From Pseudomonadales bacterium (GTDB lineage Bacteria > Pseudomonadota > Gammaproteobacteria > Pseudomonadales > UBA3067), in NCBI GenBank assembly GCA_016763235.1, contig JAESUE010000379.1, forward strand, positions 1 to 36,604: DNA of 36,604 bases. Reading direction: 5' to 3'. Below are positions 35,469-36,604 of this stretch, piece after piece. The stretch's first letter is position 1; the number at the start of each line of letters is the position of its first letter. The position numbers and the translations under genes were made by a program. A model generated the notes under the pieces. That model was given only the letters and a program-made list of their open reading frames with translations, had not been told where the DNA came from and ran no database searches.

Positions 35469-36604
35469 TAATTTTGCTCAACCCATAGAGGCCCAATAAA
35501 ACGACTTGTTTGCTGTATGCTCAAACTTTTGTCGCGTTCTGAGGTGATGTTGAATTGTATCTTTTGATTTATGATAGTCAGGTAGTCTGGATCTATTTCA
35601 AGGCTGACAGGAATGGTACGAATTTCACCTGCTTCAACCCTTAATGATTTGGGACCTTGATAATGTAGGTCATTCACTGCGCTGGCAGAAATACGATAAA
35701 CTTCTGCTTGTTGGGATTTGTTCATGATTTTTAGCATGTAATTATTATCTACTAAACCCATCGAGGTATTTCGATAGAGCGCTCCACGGTCTTTAGTTAC
35801 GGTGAGCTCAACGGGCAATCTTGAGAAAAGAAGTGTCAGCATCGTAATGCCGACAATCCCTAAAAGAATTGAAACAATAATGATTCGGGGGCGAAGCAGG
35901 CCTCTTGTCGGTAAGTTATGTAAGGTGTTTTCTGTAGTGTATCGGACAAGCCCTTTTTCATAACCCATTTTTTCCATAACCTGATCGCAGGCATCGACAC
36001 AGGCGGCACATGTAATGCACTCGTATTGAAGGCCATTTCTGATATCGATGCCCGTGGGACAGACCTGTACGCACTGCATGCAATCAATGCAGTCCCCTAA
36101 ACCTTCTTCTTTATAGTCGGAATTTCGTTTTCGTGCGCCACGGCCTTCCCCTCTGGTGGCATCATAGGAAACGATTAAGGTGTCGCTGTCTAGCATGATG
36201 CTTTGAAATCTTGCATAAGGGCAGCCGTGTAGGCATACCTGCTCGCGCATCCATCCTGCATTAGTGTAAGTAGCGAGTGTGAAAAAGATGAGCCAAAAAG
36301 TTTGCCAAGTATTCAGGTTGAATGTAACAAGCTGGTCAATGAAAACCTGGACCGGGGTGAAATAAACAAGGAAGCCAAGGGCGGTAGCGAGTGATACTAA
36401 TAACCATAATGTATGCTTAAGGATTCGTTTTTGAGCCTTGTTTAGACTCCACTTACTGTTGGTGAGCTTAATACGTTGATTACGACTTCCTTCGACATAA
36501 GTTTCTATCCAAATGAAAATTTTGGTCCAGACAGTTTGAGGGCAAGCGTATCCACACCAAACGCGACCCGCATAAGTGGTGATTAAGAATAAGCCAAAGG
36601 TGGC
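35468..36604 (-). CDS. ccoG: cbb3 oxidase maturation ferredoxin CcoG/FixG, 5'-partial (continues beyond the window end)
   Basis: The frame is open from 36604 (ATFGLFLITTYAGRVWCGYACPQTVW...) through CIDCMQCVQVCPTGIDIR and CITCAACVDAC, two 4Fe-4S motifs. The Met at 36250 in the ORF track is internal. Confidence 0.9.
   Translation of the reverse strand, partial: ATFGLFLITTYAGRVWCGYACPQTVWTKIFIWIETYVEGSRNQRIKLTNSKWSLNKAQKRILKHTLWLLVSLATALGFLVYFTPVQVFIDQLVTFNLNTWQTFWLIFFTLATYTNAGWMREQVCLHGCPYARFQSIMLDSDTLIVSYDATRGEGRGARKRNSDYKEEGLGDCIDCMQCVQVCPTGIDIRNGLQYECITCAACVDACDQVMEKMGYEKGLVRYTTENTLHNLPTRGLLRPRIIIVSILLGIVGITMLTLLFSRLPVELTVTKDRGALYRNTSMGLVDNNYMLKIMNKSQQAEVYRISASAVNDLHYQGPKSLRVEAGEIRTIPVSLEIDPDYLTIINQKIQFNITSERDKSLSIQQTSRFIGPLWVEQN

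Noticed and set aside
1065-36087. Many 60-150-aa ORFs in the supplied track that overlap the genes called above on the opposite strand or in another frame. Examples are 1065-1337, 2818-3075, 5252-5503, 8113-8394, 10342-10587, 14110-14430, 15693-16025, 17635-18081, 22886-23155, 27893-28183, 30558-30908, 33371-33625 and 35860-36087.
   Set aside because: Each is nested in a longer ORF whose translation carries clear family motifs. Their own translations are low-complexity or Arg/Ser/Leu-rich, as expected for out-of-frame reading.
1-36604. CRISPR arrays, retron/DGR-like structures, toxin-antitoxin pairs or known defence-system gene sets.
   Set aside because: I saw no regularly spaced short repeats, no reverse transcriptase, nuclease/helicase/ATPase defence-type proteins and no small paired ORFs. 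The only repeats are the MITE family and the 21-bp doublet.

Overview
The window looks like a chromosomal segment of a marine-type gammaproteobacterium. GC is mid-40s % by eye and was not computed. Most of it is conserved housekeeping. On the + strand: an AlgP-like Lys/Ala-rich protein, tsaB, uppP, rsmJ and the classic mutL-miaA-hfq-hflX-hflK-hflC block, with mobA on the - strand. Then come dusC, a lipid-related minus-strand group (FATP-like acyl-CoA synthetase, alpha/beta hydrolase, patatin-like lipase), anr/fnr and hemN. After that: tRNA-Asn, two hotdog thioesterases, tusA, epmC, an SDR, a class V aminotransferase and the cbb3-oxidase maturation genes ccoG(partial)-H-I-S plus a TauE-like gene. 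I saw no CRISPR array, integrase, transposase or recognisable defence system. Four things are not ordinary. (1) A roughly 130-bp palindromic MITE-like repeat family has six copies, all intergenic; the best copy has perfect 13-bp terminal inverted repeats and a perfect 8-bp target-site duplication. (2) An AT-rich two-gene orphan segment (477-aa soluble protein and 367-aa membrane/acidic protein) sits between hflC and dusC and is preceded by a 21-bp tandem repeat. This is the best candidate for undescribed biology, but I cannot assign it a function. (3) Two clearly disrupted genes: ccoI has a frameshift and a WbaP/WcaJ-type phosphoglycosyl transferase has an in-frame TGA. A possible decayed gene remnant lies at 18.6-19.05 kb. 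(4) The Lys/Ala-rich protein carries three AT-hook-like GRGRP motifs. All product calls rest on motifs read by eye in the supplied translations; no searches were run.
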